This document shows, piece after piece, positions 24,326-34,457 of a stretch of DNA of 42,706 nucleotides; position 1 is the first letter of the stretch; each line of letters opens with the position of its first letter. Source of the stretch: Gammaproteobacteria bacterium (GTDB lineage: Bacteria; Pseudomonadota; Gammaproteobacteria; Pseudomonadales; Pseudohongiellaceae); contig JAESUV010000002.1 in NCBI GenBank assembly GCA_016762975.1, forward strand, positions 1-42,706, given 5' to 3'. The position numbers and the translations under genes were made by a program. The notes beneath the pieces are model-generated. The model saw only the letters and a list, made by a program, of their open reading frames with translations. It ran no database searches and was not told where the DNA came from.

Positions 24326-25318
24326 ATGGAACTATTAAGTCCCGCAGGTAGTTTGCCAGCGCTTAAAGCAGCGGTTGATGAAGGCGCAGATGCGATTTAT
24401 CTCGGTTTGAAGAATGACACTAATGCCCGTCATTTCGCAGGCTTAAATTTTACCGATAAAACCATGACTCAGGGGGTTAATTACGCCCACGATAGAAACC
24501 GCCGAGTACATGTGGCGGTGAATACCTTTGCTCATCCAGATCGCAGTCAGGCATGGTTTGATGCGGTAAAGAAGACTTATGATATGGGGGCTGATGTCTT
24601 GATAGCCTCTAATATTGCAGTTTTAGAGCACGCAGCAACTCATTATCCAAAGCTCGAACTGCACCTTTCCGTACAAGCAGCGGCGACGAATGTAGCGGCG
24701 ATTAACTTCTTCAAGCAATTTGGTATCAGTCGCGTTGTTTTACCTAGAGTACTTTCTTATCAGCAAGTAGCTAACCTTGCCCAAGATACGGATATAGAGC
24801 TGGAAGTTTTTGCTTTTGGCAGCCTATGTATCATGGCGGAAGGGCGCTGTTACTTATCGTCTTATATGACGGGGGAATCTCCCAATACCGCGGGTGCATG
24901 TTCACCAGCGAAGTTTGTTCGCTGGCAAGAAACTGATCAGGGCTTAGAAAGTCGATTGAACGATGTATTGATTGATCGTTTTGCCGAAGGGGAAAACGCC
25001 GGTTATCCTACTTTATGCAAAGGCCGCTTTAACGTGGAAGGGGAAGTGACCCACGCCTTAGAAGAGCCCACTAGTTTAAATACCTTGAGCCTATTACCGC
25101 AGCTGAATAATATTGGTATCAGTGCCTTGAAGATCGAAGGTCGTCAGCGTAGCCCTGCTTATACTAGGCAGGTTACTAAAACTTGGCGTCAGGCGATTGA
25201 TGCAATGAAGAAAAATCCTGAAATGTTTCAAGTGAAAAAAGAGTGGGATCAATGCTTGAGCAGTTTGTCGGAAGGTTCGCAAACAACGCTTGGCGCTTAT
25301 GAACGGACTTGGCAATAG
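24326..25318 (+). CDS. ubiU: U32-family protein UbiU (O2-independent ubiquinone hydroxylation)
   Basis: MELLSPAGSLPALKAAVDEGADAIYLGLKNDTNARHFAGLNF closely matches YhbU. The Cys pattern C-x6-C-x16-C-x38-C, counted in the sequence, equals the Fe-S ligand spacing C169/C176/C193/C232 of E. coli UbiU. Confidence 0.85.
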   Translation: MELLSPAGSLPALKAAVDEGADAIYLGLKNDTNARHFAGLNFTDKTMTQGVNYAHDRNRRVHVAVNTFAHPDRSQAWFDAVKKTYDMGADVLIASNIAVLEHAATHYPKLELHLSVQAAATNVAAINFFKQFGISRVVLPRVLSYQQVANLAQDTDIELEVFAFGSLCIMAEGRCYLSSYMTGESPNTAGACSPAKFVRWQETDQGLESRLNDVLIDRFAEGENAGYPTLCKGRFNVEGEVTHALEEPTSLNTLSLLPQLNNIGISALKIEGRQRSPAYTRQVTKTWRQAIDAMKKNPEMFQVKKEWDQCLSSLSEGSQTTLGAYERTWQ

Positions 25319-25326
25319 GAGCAGGT

Positions 25327-26199
25327 ATGGAACTCTCTATGGGGAACATCCAATTTTATTGGGATAAAGAAACGACATCCGACTTCTATCAAAAAGTTGC
25401 TGATTCTGATGTCGAGCATGTTTATCTAGGTGAATCGGTCTGTTCAAAGCGGCGTGAACTAAGATTGGAAGATTGGCTTGAGATTGGTCGAGAGCTGACA
25501 AATAAAGGTAAATCAGTGGTGCTTTCGAGCCTCGCGTTATTAGAATCTAAAAGCGAATTGGCAACGCTAAAGAAGGTTTGCCTTAATGGCGAACTGAAAG
25601 TAGAGGCGAATGACTTTGGTGCGGTAGAGATTTTATCCGAGGCTAAAATCCCTTTTATTGCAGGGGCAGCACTGAATATTTATAATCAGCATGATTTAAA
25701 AGTGCTATTAGCTCGCGGCATGCAACGTTGGGTAATTCCGGTTGAATTATCTAGAGACTGGTTAGTGAATGTGATTGCCGGCTGTGAAGAACTGGGCATT
25801 CGCGAGCAGATAGAAACCGAGGTCTATGGATACGGCTATTTACCGTTAGCGTATTCGGCTCGTTGTTTTACTGCACGCTCAGAAGATCGGCCAAAAGATC
25901 AATGCGCTCTATGCTGCATTAAATATCCAGAGGGGCGTAAGATCGATAGTCAGGAAGGGTTGGAATTGTTTCGGATGAATGGTATTCAAACCATGTCGGG
26001 TTCAATTCAAAATTTAATTAATGATTTGCCTTCAATGGCAGGCTTAGTCGACATCGTTCGTATTAGTCCACATTCGATGGCAGCACTTGATTGGGTCGAC
26101 AAATTCAGGAATGCATTAGAGGATAAAGCTCGTATTCCGCTAGAGGGTTTCTGTAATGGGTATTGGCATAAAATAGAAGGCATGAAGGCTATTCAGTAG
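25327..26199 (+). CDS. ubiV: U32-family protein UbiV
   Basis: ATG 25327 lies 6 nt after AGGAG. Counting from this start puts Cys at position 39 (LGESVCSKRR). A later C-x12-C-x2-CC cluster follows. This matches E. coli UbiV C39/C180/C193/C197. The track starts at TTG 25309. Confidence 0.82.
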   Translation: MELSMGNIQFYWDKETTSDFYQKVADSDVEHVYLGESVCSKRRELRLEDWLEIGRELTNKGKSVVLSSLALLESKSELATLKKVCLNGELKVEANDFGAVEILSEAKIPFIAGAALNIYNQHDLKVLLARGMQRWVIPVELSRDWLVNVIAGCEELGIREQIETEVYGYGYLPLAYSARCFTARSEDRPKDQCALCCIKYPEGRKIDSQEGLELFRMNGIQTMSGSIQNLINDLPSMAGLVDIVRISPHSMAALDWVDKFRNALEDKARIPLEGFCNGYWHKIEGMKAIQ

Positions 26200-26239
26200 A
26201 GTAGAAATAGCCTTCAAAAGTAGTCTAGTGCTAAAGCGA

Positions 26240-27193
26240 TTAACCATCCTTGTTAATTCGCTTTGTTAATTCACTCAAAACTTCAGAGTACTTGTCATTA
26301 TTCACCTGACAAGTGCCTGCATTTCTATGACCACCACCTTCGTGCTCTAGACAAAGTTCACCGATATGGGTTTTATGGCTGCGGTTAATGATAGAGCCGC
26401 CAATGGCGAATACTGTATTCTGTTTTTTCAAACCCCAGAGTACATGAATAGAAATATTCTGCTCAGGGAAGAGGGCGTAAATCATAAAGCGGTTACCCGC
26501 ATAGATGGTTTCTTCATCCCGTAAATCCAATACGACTAAATTATCAAGGATAGAGGTGCAGCTCTTGAGTTGCTCTTCAAACTGCTGCCTATGGCTGTTA
26601 TAGAGTTCGACTCTTTCTTTAACATCTTCTAATTGTAAAATTTGCTCGATGTTGTGATCACGACAGTAATCGATAAGCTCCATCATGAGCTGGTAGTTAC
26701 TGACACGGAATTCTCGAAAGCGGCCTAAGCCGGTACGGGAATCCATCAAAAAATTAAGTAATACCCAATCCTTGGGATGAAGAATCTCTTCCTTACTAAA
26801 CTGTGCAGAGTCAGACTTATCGACGGCTTCCATCATCTCAACGGAGATTTCAGGGAAGCGTGTTCCTCCGCCGTAATAGTCATACACCACTCGTGCTGCG
26901 GAAGGGGCATCGACATCAATAATATGATTGTCGGGCTCGTTATCCCCGCGGCGCTTTATTTCGGATGCATGGTGGTCAAAGCTAAGGTGGCAACCTGCCA
27001 CATAAGGGAGGTTGGTGGTGATGTCGCTGGGGCCAATTTCAATAATGCCATCTTGCATATCTTTGGGATGAACAAAGAGTATGTCATCGATCATATCTAA
27101 GTCTTTGAAAAGAACGGCACAGACTAGGCCATCAAAATCACTACGCGTTACTAAACGAAATTTCTGCTCTGCCACTGTGCTCTCCAAAAACAA
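26240..27193 (-). CDS. DHH/DHHA1-family phosphoesterase
   Basis: Motifs RSDFDGLVCA (DxD), SFDHHASE (DHH) and EGGGHRNAGT (the GGGH of DHHA1). The substrate cannot be inferred. Confidence 0.7.
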   Translation of the reverse strand: MFLESTVAEQKFRLVTRSDFDGLVCAVLFKDLDMIDDILFVHPKDMQDGIIEIGPSDITTNLPYVAGCHLSFDHHASEIKRRGDNEPDNHIIDVDAPSAARVVYDYYGGGTRFPEISVEMMEAVDKSDSAQFSKEEILHPKDWVLLNFLMDSRTGLGRFREFRVSNYQLMMELIDYCRDHNIEQILQLEDVKERVELYNSHRQQFEEQLKSCTSILDNLVVLDLRDEETIYAGNRFMIYALFPEQNISIHVLWGLKKQNTVFAIGGSIINRSHKTHIGELCLEHEGGGHRNAGTCQVNNDKYSEVLSELTKRINKDG

Positions 27194-27244
27194 ATATCCT
27201 TTGTCCTTAGCATAGTAGAGATTTTGAGCTGAGCTAGAAATTGC

Positions 27245-27976
27245 CTACAAAGCATTCCATAAAGTATCGAACATCATTTGATGGGTGCCAGAGATAGCAT
27301 CGCTATCAATTACGACCGCGACAGGGAAGTCGTTTTTAGTCAGGCTGATCATCGCGACTTTAGGTGGATAGATGGCAATATAAGAGGCATTCCCTTCTCC
27401 TTTCATCCACTTGCGTTCGGCCAATTCAGCTTCTTCGCCACCTTCACCAATGGCCAATACCCGTACGAATATACCTTTGGCAATACGTTGCTTGGTGAAC
27501 GTTGGAAAAGGTCGATATAAATGCTCACGCAGCGCTTGCGTAGAGATCACAGAATACGCTTTGCCAGCCTTATCGGTTGAGCTGAGAATATCCTTCAATA
27601 CATATTCAACACCTTCATCCCCTTCGTAGAAGCGTACGTTACTGGTGGCAAATTCGGGTTTCAAATGACGTAGGGCAGGAATAATTTCGGTCTTTAAGCT
27701 AGCGAGGGTTGCTTCCAGCTCTTGGTGCTTTTCTTCGGCGAGGGCTAGTAGGCGAGAAGGGTCTTCCGCCTGGAAAATACGGCGCTTACCTTTCGGCAAA
27801 TAATTTACGATGCCCTTTTTAACTAAGACTTTAAGGGTTTCATAAGTACTGCCACGATTAATATCTGTTTTTGCCGCTAAGTCTCTAATGGAAGCAGGAC
27901 CCAGCTGTAACAGTGCATGGTAGATATTGATTTCTCGAGTGCTCAAGCCAAGGTTTTCCAAAACAGATAAATTCAT
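27245..27976 (-). CDS. TrmB-family transcriptional regulator
   Basis: N-terminal winged HTH LENLGLSTREINIYHALLQLGPASIRDLAAKTDINRGSTYETLKVLVKKGIV, plus a C-terminal domain of about 130 aa. MNLSVLE (ATG 27976) is the likely start; the track starts at 27991. It sits 51 bp upstream of, and co-oriented with, the DHH gene. Confidence 0.8.
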   Translation of the reverse strand: MNLSVLENLGLSTREINIYHALLQLGPASIRDLAAKTDINRGSTYETLKVLVKKGIVNYLPKGKRRIFQAEDPSRLLALAEEKHQELEATLASLKTEIIPALRHLKPEFATSNVRFYEGDEGVEYVLKDILSSTDKAGKAYSVISTQALREHLYRPFPTFTKQRIAKGIFVRVLAIGEGGEEAELAERKWMKGEGNASYIAIYPPKVAMISLTKNDFPVAVVIDSDAISGTHQMMFDTLWNAL

Positions 27977-28007
27977 AATAATTTCAATCATATATAACAG
28001 TTAACCA

Positions 28008-28028
28008 TTGTCATTTATTTTATGACAA
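28008..28028. promoter_or_regulatory. inverted repeat TTGTCAT-N7-ATGACAA, candidate operator
   Basis: Perfect 7-bp arms 32 bp upstream of the trmB-like start, within the spacer shared with the divergent glmU. Confidence 0.3.
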
Positions 28029-28147
28029 ATGCAATTGTAAATGAATAGAAAGTGAATAGACTGAGGCAAAATCGAACAACGCGTCATAAAATTAGCGACA
28101 ACTAATGCTAATTTCGTAAAATTTAAACATGGAAGCTATCTATCAGC

Positions 28148-29536
28148 ATGACTATTGATGTCGTAGTACTCGCAGCGGGCCAAGGCTCGCGCATGAAATC
28201 CCAATTACCAAAAGTTCTTCACCCTATTGCTGGCAAGCCAATGCTCGCTCATGTATTGGATAGCGCCAAAGCCATCAATGCTGATGCAATGCACATAGTG
28301 ATTGGCCACGGTGCAGAGAAAGTTAAAGCCGCGTTTGCCGCAGAAGAGAACCTGACATGGGCTTTGCAGGCAGAGCAGAAAGGTACGGGTCATGCGGTGA
28401 TGATGGCTTTAGATTCTTTGGCCGCGGAAGGCACAACGTTAATTCTTTATGGTGATGTACCGCTAACTCAGCCAGAAACATTACAATCATTGATTGAACT
28501 CGCCAACGATAAGCAGCTGGGTTTATTGACCGTGAATATGGCCGATAGCTCAGGTTATGGCCGTATTGTTCGTGATGCTAATGACAAAGTGACTGCCATT
28601 GTTGAGCATAAAGATGCCAATCCAGAGCAGCTTTTAATTAAAGAAGTCAATACCGGTATTCTTGCCGTACCAACGGCCAAGTTACATCAGTGGTTGCCTG
28701 AATTAAGTAACGATAATGCGCAGGGCGAATATTACCTGACCGACATTATTGCTATGGCCGTAAAGAATGGTCTTACGGTAGAAACGCTACAGCCTGCTAA
28801 CGAACAAGAAACCTACGGTGTTAATAACCGACAGCAGCAAGCCGAGCTTGAGCGCTGGTATCAAACTCAGCAAGTGAATGCCTTGATGGCGCAAGGTGTG
28901 ACTGTTTTAGACCCTAGCCGTTTGGATATTCGCTTGGGCGCAAATGCCAATACGGGTTTAACCGTCGGCAACGATGTGGTCATCGATATCAACGTGATCC
29001 TTGAAGGTCAAGTTACCTTGGGTGACGGCGTAGAGATTGGGCCAAATTGCATTATTAAAAATTCGACTTTAGCAGCGGGCACTAAAGTTGAAGCCTTCTC
29101 TCATATTGAAGATGCTCAAGTGGCTAAGTCTTGTGTGATCGGTCCTTATGCGCGTTTGCGTCCTGGTGCTGATCTTGCTGATGGCGCCAAGGTCGGTAAC
29201 TTCTGCGAAGTGAAAAAATCTAAAATCGGTGCCGGTGCGAAAGTAAACCACCTCACCTATATCGGTGATGCTGTTATTGGTGCGAATGCCAATATCGGTG
29301 CTGGTACGATTACTTGTAATTACGATGGAATGAATAAATTCAAAACGGAAGTTGGTGAAAATGCTTTTATTGGTTCCAACTCTTCGTTAGTAGCCCCAGT
29401 AAAAATTGGTGCTAATGCAACCGTCGCTGCCGGCTCAACAGTCACTAAAGACGTTGCTGATGAAGAATTAGCGGTTGCTCGTGGTAAGCAAAGAAATATC
29501 AGTGGCTGGCAGCGTCCAGTGAAGACTGAAAAATAA
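28148..29536 (+). CDS. glmU: bifunctional GlcNAc-1-P uridyltransferase / GlcN-1-P acetyltransferase GlmU
   Basis: 462 aa. N-terminal LAAGQGSRMKS motif and a C-terminal hexapeptide beta-helix. Confidence 0.96.
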   Translation: MTIDVVVLAAGQGSRMKSQLPKVLHPIAGKPMLAHVLDSAKAINADAMHIVIGHGAEKVKAAFAAEENLTWALQAEQKGTGHAVMMALDSLAAEGTTLILYGDVPLTQPETLQSLIELANDKQLGLLTVNMADSSGYGRIVRDANDKVTAIVEHKDANPEQLLIKEVNTGILAVPTAKLHQWLPELSNDNAQGEYYLTDIIAMAVKNGLTVETLQPANEQETYGVNNRQQQAELERWYQTQQVNALMAQGVTVLDPSRLDIRLGANANTGLTVGNDVVIDINVILEGQVTLGDGVEIGPNCIIKNSTLAAGTKVEAFSHIEDAQVAKSCVIGPYARLRPGADLADGAKVGNFCEVKKSKIGAGAKVNHLTYIGDAVIGANANIGAGTITCNYDGMNKFKTEVGENAFIGSNSSLVAPVKIGANATVAAGSTVTKDVADEELAVARGKQRNISGWQRPVKTEK

Positions 29537-29573
29537 ATAGAAATAGTCGCTGTATTAAACGGAAGATATAAAA

Positions 29574-31415
29574 ATGTGCGGAATTGTTGGTGCTATTGCA
29601 CAGCGTAATGTAAGTGAAATTTTATTAGAAGGCCTACGTCGCCTTGAATACCGTGGTTATGATTCTGCGGGACTTGCGATCTTAAATGCAGAAGGTGATA
29701 TTCAGCGCACCCGTGCATTGGGTAAAGTGATTGAATTAGAAAAAGCCATTACCGCCGAAACGGATGGTAAAGGCTTAGCGGGCACTATTGGTATTGCTCA
29801 TACTCGTTGGGCAACACACGGTGTGCCTAGTGAAGCCAATGCGCATCCACACATGTCATCAGACGATGTGGTCTTGGTACACAATGGCATTATTGAAAAT
29901 TACCAAGATTTAAAAACAGAACTTAAAGCACAAGGGTATGTGTTTAATTCTGAAACCGATTCAGAAGTTGTTATTCATCTAATTCATAGAGAATTACAGC
30001 AGCATGATTTTGCTCAAGCGGTTAAGAATGCCATCAGCCATCTTGAAGGCGCTTATGCATTAGCGATTATGCAAAAAGGCAATCAAGACGAACTATGGGT
30101 TGCTCGCCAAGGTTCACCGCTAGTGATTGGTGTTGGCATGGATGAGTTTTATGTTGGCTCTGATCCGTTAGCATTACTACAAGTCACCGACCGTTTTATT
30201 TATCTTGAAGAAGGCGATTTAGCGCATATCACTCGTGAAAATCTGACGATTTTAGATAAAGATTATCAGGTCGTTGATCGTGAAATCATCGTATTTGATC
30301 ACAAAATCGGTACCGCAGATAAAGGTGAATATAAGCATTTTATGCTGAAAGAAACCTTTGAGCAGCCAACAGTTATTAAGCAGTGCTTAGCAGGTCGTAT
30401 TTCAGCAACGAAAGTTTTGGATCAGACTTTTGGCGTTAATGCGGCTGAAGTATTAGATAAGGTTGAAGCGGTTCAGATCATTGCTTGTGGTACCAGTTAC
30501 CATTCAGGCATGGTGGCAAAATACTGGATTGAAAAATATGTTGGTATTCCTTGTCAGGTTGAAGTCGCCAGTGAATTCCGTTATCGCCATACGGTAATCG
30601 CTAAAAATACTCTGTTGATTACTATTTCTCAATCAGGAGAAACCGCTGATACGCTTGCCGCTTTACGCAAAGCAAAAGAGAAGGGCATATTAGCCAGCAT
30701 GGTGGTCTGTAATGTACCGGGTTCTTCTTTGGTTCGTGAATCTGACCTTTGCCTAATGACCAATGCAGGTCCTGAAATTGGCGTTGCTTCAACCAAGGCT
30801 TTCACTACTCAGCTAACGTCTTTGTTGCTTCTTACGGTTGCGCTAGGGAAGCGTAATGGCATGAGCGAAGCCGCTGAAACAGAAATCGTTAAAGCGCTGC
30901 ATCAATTACCGGGTTTTGTGGAACAGGCTCTTTTATTGGACCCAGTAATTGAGAAAATGAGTCAGTTATTTGCTGACAAACACCACAGCTTATTTTTAGG
31001 TCGTGGCCCAATGTTCCCTATTGCTCAAGAAGGGGCGTTGAAGCTAAAAGAAATTTCTTACATTCACGCCGAGGCGTATCCTGCCGGAGAACTTAAGCAT
31101 GGTCCATTAGCCTTGGTTGATGAAGACATGCCGATTGTAACGGTAGCGCCAAAGAATGACTTATTAGAAAAACTGATTTCTAATTTGGAAGAAGTGAAGG
31201 CGCGTGGTGGTGAGTTGTTTGTATTTGCTGATGAATCAGTGAACTTACATGATCTAGATGAACAGCATTTAGTATCGTTACCAACAGTGCCAAGCTGCTT
31301 AGAACCGATTGTTTATATCATTCCTTTGCAATTATTGTCTTATCACGTAGCGGTATTGAAAGGTACAGATGTGGATCAGCCACGTAACTTGGCTAAGTCA
31401 GTAACCGTCGAGTAA
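29574..31415 (+). CDS. glmS: glutamine--fructose-6-phosphate aminotransferase GlmS
   Basis: 613 aa. Ntn start MCGIVG, two SIS domains, conserved C terminus ...[13 protein letters not shown]. Confidence 0.97.
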   Translation: MCGIVGAIAQRNVSEILLEGLRRLEYRGYDSAGLAILNAEGDIQRTRALGKVIELEKAITAETDGKGLAGTIGIAHTRWATHGVPSEANAHPHMSSDDVVLVHNGIIENYQDLKTELKAQGYVFNSETDSEVVIHLIHRELQQHDFAQAVKNAISHLEGAYALAIMQKGNQDELWVARQGSPLVIGVGMDEFYVGSDPLALLQVTDRFIYLEEGDLAHITRENLTILDKDYQVVDREIIVFDHKIGTADKGEYKHFMLKETFEQPTVIKQCLAGRISATKVLDQTFGVNAAEVLDKVEAVQIIACGTSYHSGMVAKYWIEKYVGIPCQVEVASEFRYRHTVIAKNTLLITISQSGETADTLAALRKAKEKGILASMVVCNVPGSSLVRESDLCLMTNAGPEIGVASTKAFTTQLTSLLLLTVALGKRNGMSEAAETEIVKALHQLPGFVEQALLLDPVIEKMSQLFADKHHSLFLGRGPMFPIAQEGALKLKEISYIHAEAYPAGELKHGPLALVDEDMPIVTVAPKNDLLEKLISNLEEVKARGGELFVFADESVNLHDLDEQHLVSLPTVPSCLEPIVYIIPLQLLSYHVAVLKGTDVDQPRNLAKSVTVE

Positions 31416-31438
31416 ATGCGAGGTATTTAGCCTCTAGT

Positions 31439-31506
31439 TGTGGGAGAGTAATAAAGTATCACCCCAAGTATTAAAGTATCATACTGAGTAATAAAGTTGC
31501 ATACTA
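31439..31506 (+). repeat. Tn7R-type end: terminal TGTGGGAG plus three contiguous 20-bp TnsB-binding-like direct repeats
   Basis: The repeats are AGTAATAAAGTATCACCCCA (31447), AGTATTAAAGTATCATACTG (31467) and AGTAATAAAGTTGCATACTA (31487). The AATAAAGT core resembles the Tn7 22-bp sites. Confidence 0.8.
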
Positions 31507-31537
31507 AAGCCGCTGGAGCTAATCTGTAGATAAGTTA

Positions 31538-32383
31538 GTGATGGCGGCTTTGACTGTTATGGGAAAGAAAAACTACTGGAACTCCGAGGTCAAAAATACC
31601 CGCTGGATAAAAGAGGGTCGTGGGCTTGGGGCTGGAAAAGATTACAAGCCCTGGCTAACAGTTCGAGACGTTCCTTCAGATGGACGGTCTCATAGGATCT
31701 TTGGTCATTTAACGCAACGTACCCATCATTTACTATCAGATATAGAATTAGCTTCCTTTCTTTTGCTTCAATGGCGTCAAACAACGACAGATATTCGTGA
31801 ACAATTCCCGTTAGACCTTGCCCTTACCAAAGTAATTTCTACAGAGTGCGGAATTCAGCACCCAGCACAAAACGGTATACTGCAATATATGAGCAGTGAT
31901 TTTTTAGTGTCGACTAATGAAAGTGCCTTATCAAGTTTTGCCATTCAGGCAAAATCTCAAACAGACCTGCTAAAACCAAGAACAATAGAAAAACTGGAAA
32001 TTGAGAGGCGCTTTTGGAAGGAAAAAGGTATTCCGTGGTTTCTGATAACTGAGCAGGCAATACCTAAAGTAGCCTTCACCAATATCGAGTGGTTATACAA
32101 TTTACAGCATAGGGCTGTAAATCATGAAGAAGAAATGGTGTATTTTGAATTTTTTAATAAGCAGGTGTCGGATCACTCTAATTTAACCATCATTGAATTA
32201 TCAAAACACCTAGACTCTGCCTATGACCTAGAGCTAGGAGAGAGCTTATTTCAGTTAAGGTTGCTATTGGCTCGCCGTTATTTTCATTTCAATATATTGA
32301 TTCCATTTACTAGGTTGAGATGTTCGGATCTTTTTTCTGAGTCATATAATACCGTTGATGAGGTATTTAATGTTTCAGATTAA
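31538..32383 (+). CDS. tnsA: Tn7 transposition protein TnsA (endonuclease)
   Basis: RWIKEGRGLGAGKDYKPWLTVRDVPSDGRSHRIFGH...HLLSDIELASFL...SSDFLV...AIQAKS match the Tn7 TnsA N-terminal region and its E/D/K catalytic positions. The exact start among GTG 31538, ATG 31541 and ATG 31559 is uncertain. Confidence 0.93.
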   Translation: MMAALTVMGKKNYWNSEVKNTRWIKEGRGLGAGKDYKPWLTVRDVPSDGRSHRIFGHLTQRTHHLLSDIELASFLLLQWRQTTTDIREQFPLDLALTKVISTECGIQHPAQNGILQYMSSDFLVSTNESALSSFAIQAKSQTDLLKPRTIEKLEIERRFWKEKGIPWFLITEQAIPKVAFTNIEWLYNLQHRAVNHEEEMVYFEFFNKQVSDHSNLTIIELSKHLDSAYDLELGESLFQLRLLLARRYFHFNILIPFTRLRCSDLFSESYNTVDEVFNVSD

Positions 32384-34457
32384 TGAAGTAGTGCTCCTTG
32401 AAGGTAAAAAGTACCGGGTCTTATTAATAGAAGGCAGCTTAGTTATATGGATAGATATAGAGTCTGATAAGGCATTACCTGAGATTGAGCCAGTCGAAAA
32501 TATTGAGCAATTAATTTTAGAAGAAAAACTAGTTCGAATAGAAGATCCGTATGACTTTTTATCACTGGAGAATCCTGAAAAAGAATCTAAAGCGGCTTTA
32601 ATTCGTGATAGAAACTATGACCTTATAAAACCTCTAGTAAATAGCTCTAGGTTCTATATTCCGAAGGTTCGATCATCGATCATTAATGAAATATTAGAAA
32701 CCCAATCAACGACAAAACAAACAATTTACCGTGTTACTCGACAGTATTGGCAATATGGTCAAATGCCAAATGCTTTATTACCTAAATATAGAAATTCTGG
32801 TGCTAAGGGCAAAAAAAGACAATCTACTATAAAGCTTGGCAGGCCTCGGATTCATATGCCTGGTACCGGTGTTGTTGTTGATGAAGCGATTGAGAAATTA
32901 TTTAGGCTTGTAATAGAAAGGTATCTTTTAACAGAGGGCCAAGGAGAGGAAAAGGTTTCATTGCCATATGTCCATAGAAAGCTGAAACAGATTTATGGCC
33001 AGTATTTTCCTGATACCCCCGAAAAAGAAAAACCCACTAAGTGGCAGTTAAAATATTTTTTTGAAAGAGAATATGATTATGTTTCAAGGATAACAAAGCG
33101 CACGCCTCAAAAGATCTACCGAAAGGATGTAAGACCACTAACAAGTACAGCTACTGTTCAATCAGTTGGGCCTGGATCTCGATTTGAAATAGATGCGACC
33201 ATTGCAGATATCATATTGGTCTCAGATAAAGACCGAACACAACCCATTGGTAGGCCGATATTATATATCGTGGTAGATGTCTTTTCTCGATTTATTGTGG
33301 GCTGGTATATTGGCTTTGAGAACCCTTCTTATGCAGCGGCTATCCAGTCATTGCATTTAGCAATGACTGATAAAAATGAATATCTAAAAGCTAGAGGGTT
33401 TAACATAGAAAATTTAGAATGGCCTAATCCTGGGCTGCCAGAAGCTTTATTAGCAGATAGAGGTGAATTAATTGGACATCAGATCGAGGGATTAGAGTCG
33501 AGTTTTAAGATACGAATTGAAAATACGCCTCCGTACAGGGGAGATGCAAAGGGAATTGTTGAGCGTAAGTTTAGATCAGTTCAAGCAGACTTTAAGCCAT
33601 TCGCCCCTGGTATTGTAGAAGGATCAAAAGTTAGAAAACGGGGCGGTAAGAACTACTGGCTGGACGGGAAGCTGACGATTTCAGAGTTTGAAGAAATCAT
33701 CATAACCTCAATTGTGATGCATAACTTTGTGGATCCAATGAGTAAGTACGATAGATCTGACGATATGCCTGCTGATTTACCAAGCATCCCTTGCCATCTA
33801 TGGAGTTGGGGATTACAAAATAGAACGGGACGTCTTAGGAGAGCCACTGCAAGCACTGTACGAATAGCCCTTTTGCCTAGAGGTATAGCTACAACTTCTG
33901 AGAAGGGAGTGTGTGCGTTCGGTTTGTATTATTCTTCAGCTGAGGTGTTAGCGTCTGGCTGGTTGCATCGGGTCGCGACTACAAATAGACCAGAGAAAAT
34001 CACCTTTGCTTATGACCCTAATGTGGCAGATGAAATCTATGTTTTTTCTGATTCAAATGCGTTGAGATATTGGATTTGTAAGCTAACAGACCTTTCTCGA
34101 GAATATAGAGGTAGTTCATTTTGGGAAGTATGGCGCAAGCAAAAATTGAAAAAAGAGGCTTTTGCCAAGCAGCAACTTGTTGCCGATAAATCACGTGCTG
34201 AATATGAAAATAGAATTGAAAGCATTATAAAGTCAGCCGTAAAAGAGACGCCTGCCCCCACGATGGCTAACTCTGAGCGGTTAGCAAATGTCGGCAAAGC
34301 ACGATTTTTACAGTTAGAAAAAGAAAGAAAGCAAAAACGCCCAAAGCCACCAGGAAATAGTCTTACAGCAAATGTGACTTCTATTCATGGCTCGTTAGAT
34401 GAAGATGATGATTACCCAGATTATGACAATGAACTGTTTGATGATGGGGATAACTGA
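32370..34457 (+). CDS. tnsB: Tn7 transposase TnsB (DDE)
   Basis: MFQINEVVLLEG parallels Tn7 MWQINEVVLF. DDE contexts are GPGSRFEIDATIADI, LLADRGEL and GDAKGIVERKF. GAGG lies 6 nt upstream of ATG 32370. It overlaps the tnsA stop by 14 nt. Confidence 0.95.
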   Translation: MFQINEVVLLEGKKYRVLLIEGSLVIWIDIESDKALPEIEPVENIEQLILEEKLVRIEDPYDFLSLENPEKESKAALIRDRNYDLIKPLVNSSRFYIPKVRSSIINEILETQSTTKQTIYRVTRQYWQYGQMPNALLPKYRNSGAKGKKRQSTIKLGRPRIHMPGTGVVVDEAIEKLFRLVIERYLLTEGQGEEKVSLPYVHRKLKQIYGQYFPDTPEKEKPTKWQLKYFFEREYDYVSRITKRTPQKIYRKDVRPLTSTATVQSVGPGSRFEIDATIADIILVSDKDRTQPIGRPILYIVVDVFSRFIVGWYIGFENPSYAAAIQSLHLAMTDKNEYLKARGFNIENLEWPNPGLPEALLADRGELIGHQIEGLESSFKIRIENTPPYRGDAKGIVERKFRSVQADFKPFAPGIVEGSKVRKRGGKNYWLDGKLTISEFEEIIITSIVMHNFVDPMSKYDRSDDMPADLPSIPCHLWSWGLQNRTGRLRRATASTVRIALLPRGIATTSEKGVCAFGLYYSSAEVLASGWLHRVATTNRPEKITFAYDPNVADEIYVFSDSNALRYWICKLTDLSREYRGSSFWEVWRKQKLKKEAFAKQQLVADKSRAEYENRIESIIKSAVKETPAPTMANSERLANVGKARFLQLEKERKQKRPKPPGNSLTANVTSIHGSLDEDDDYPDYDNELFDDGDN

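Noticed and set aside
29537-29573. A possible glmS ribozyme or other leader element upstream of glmS
   Set aside because: The glmU-glmS spacer is only 37 bp. The glmS ribozyme is a Gram-positive feature of about 170 nt, so there is no room for it here.
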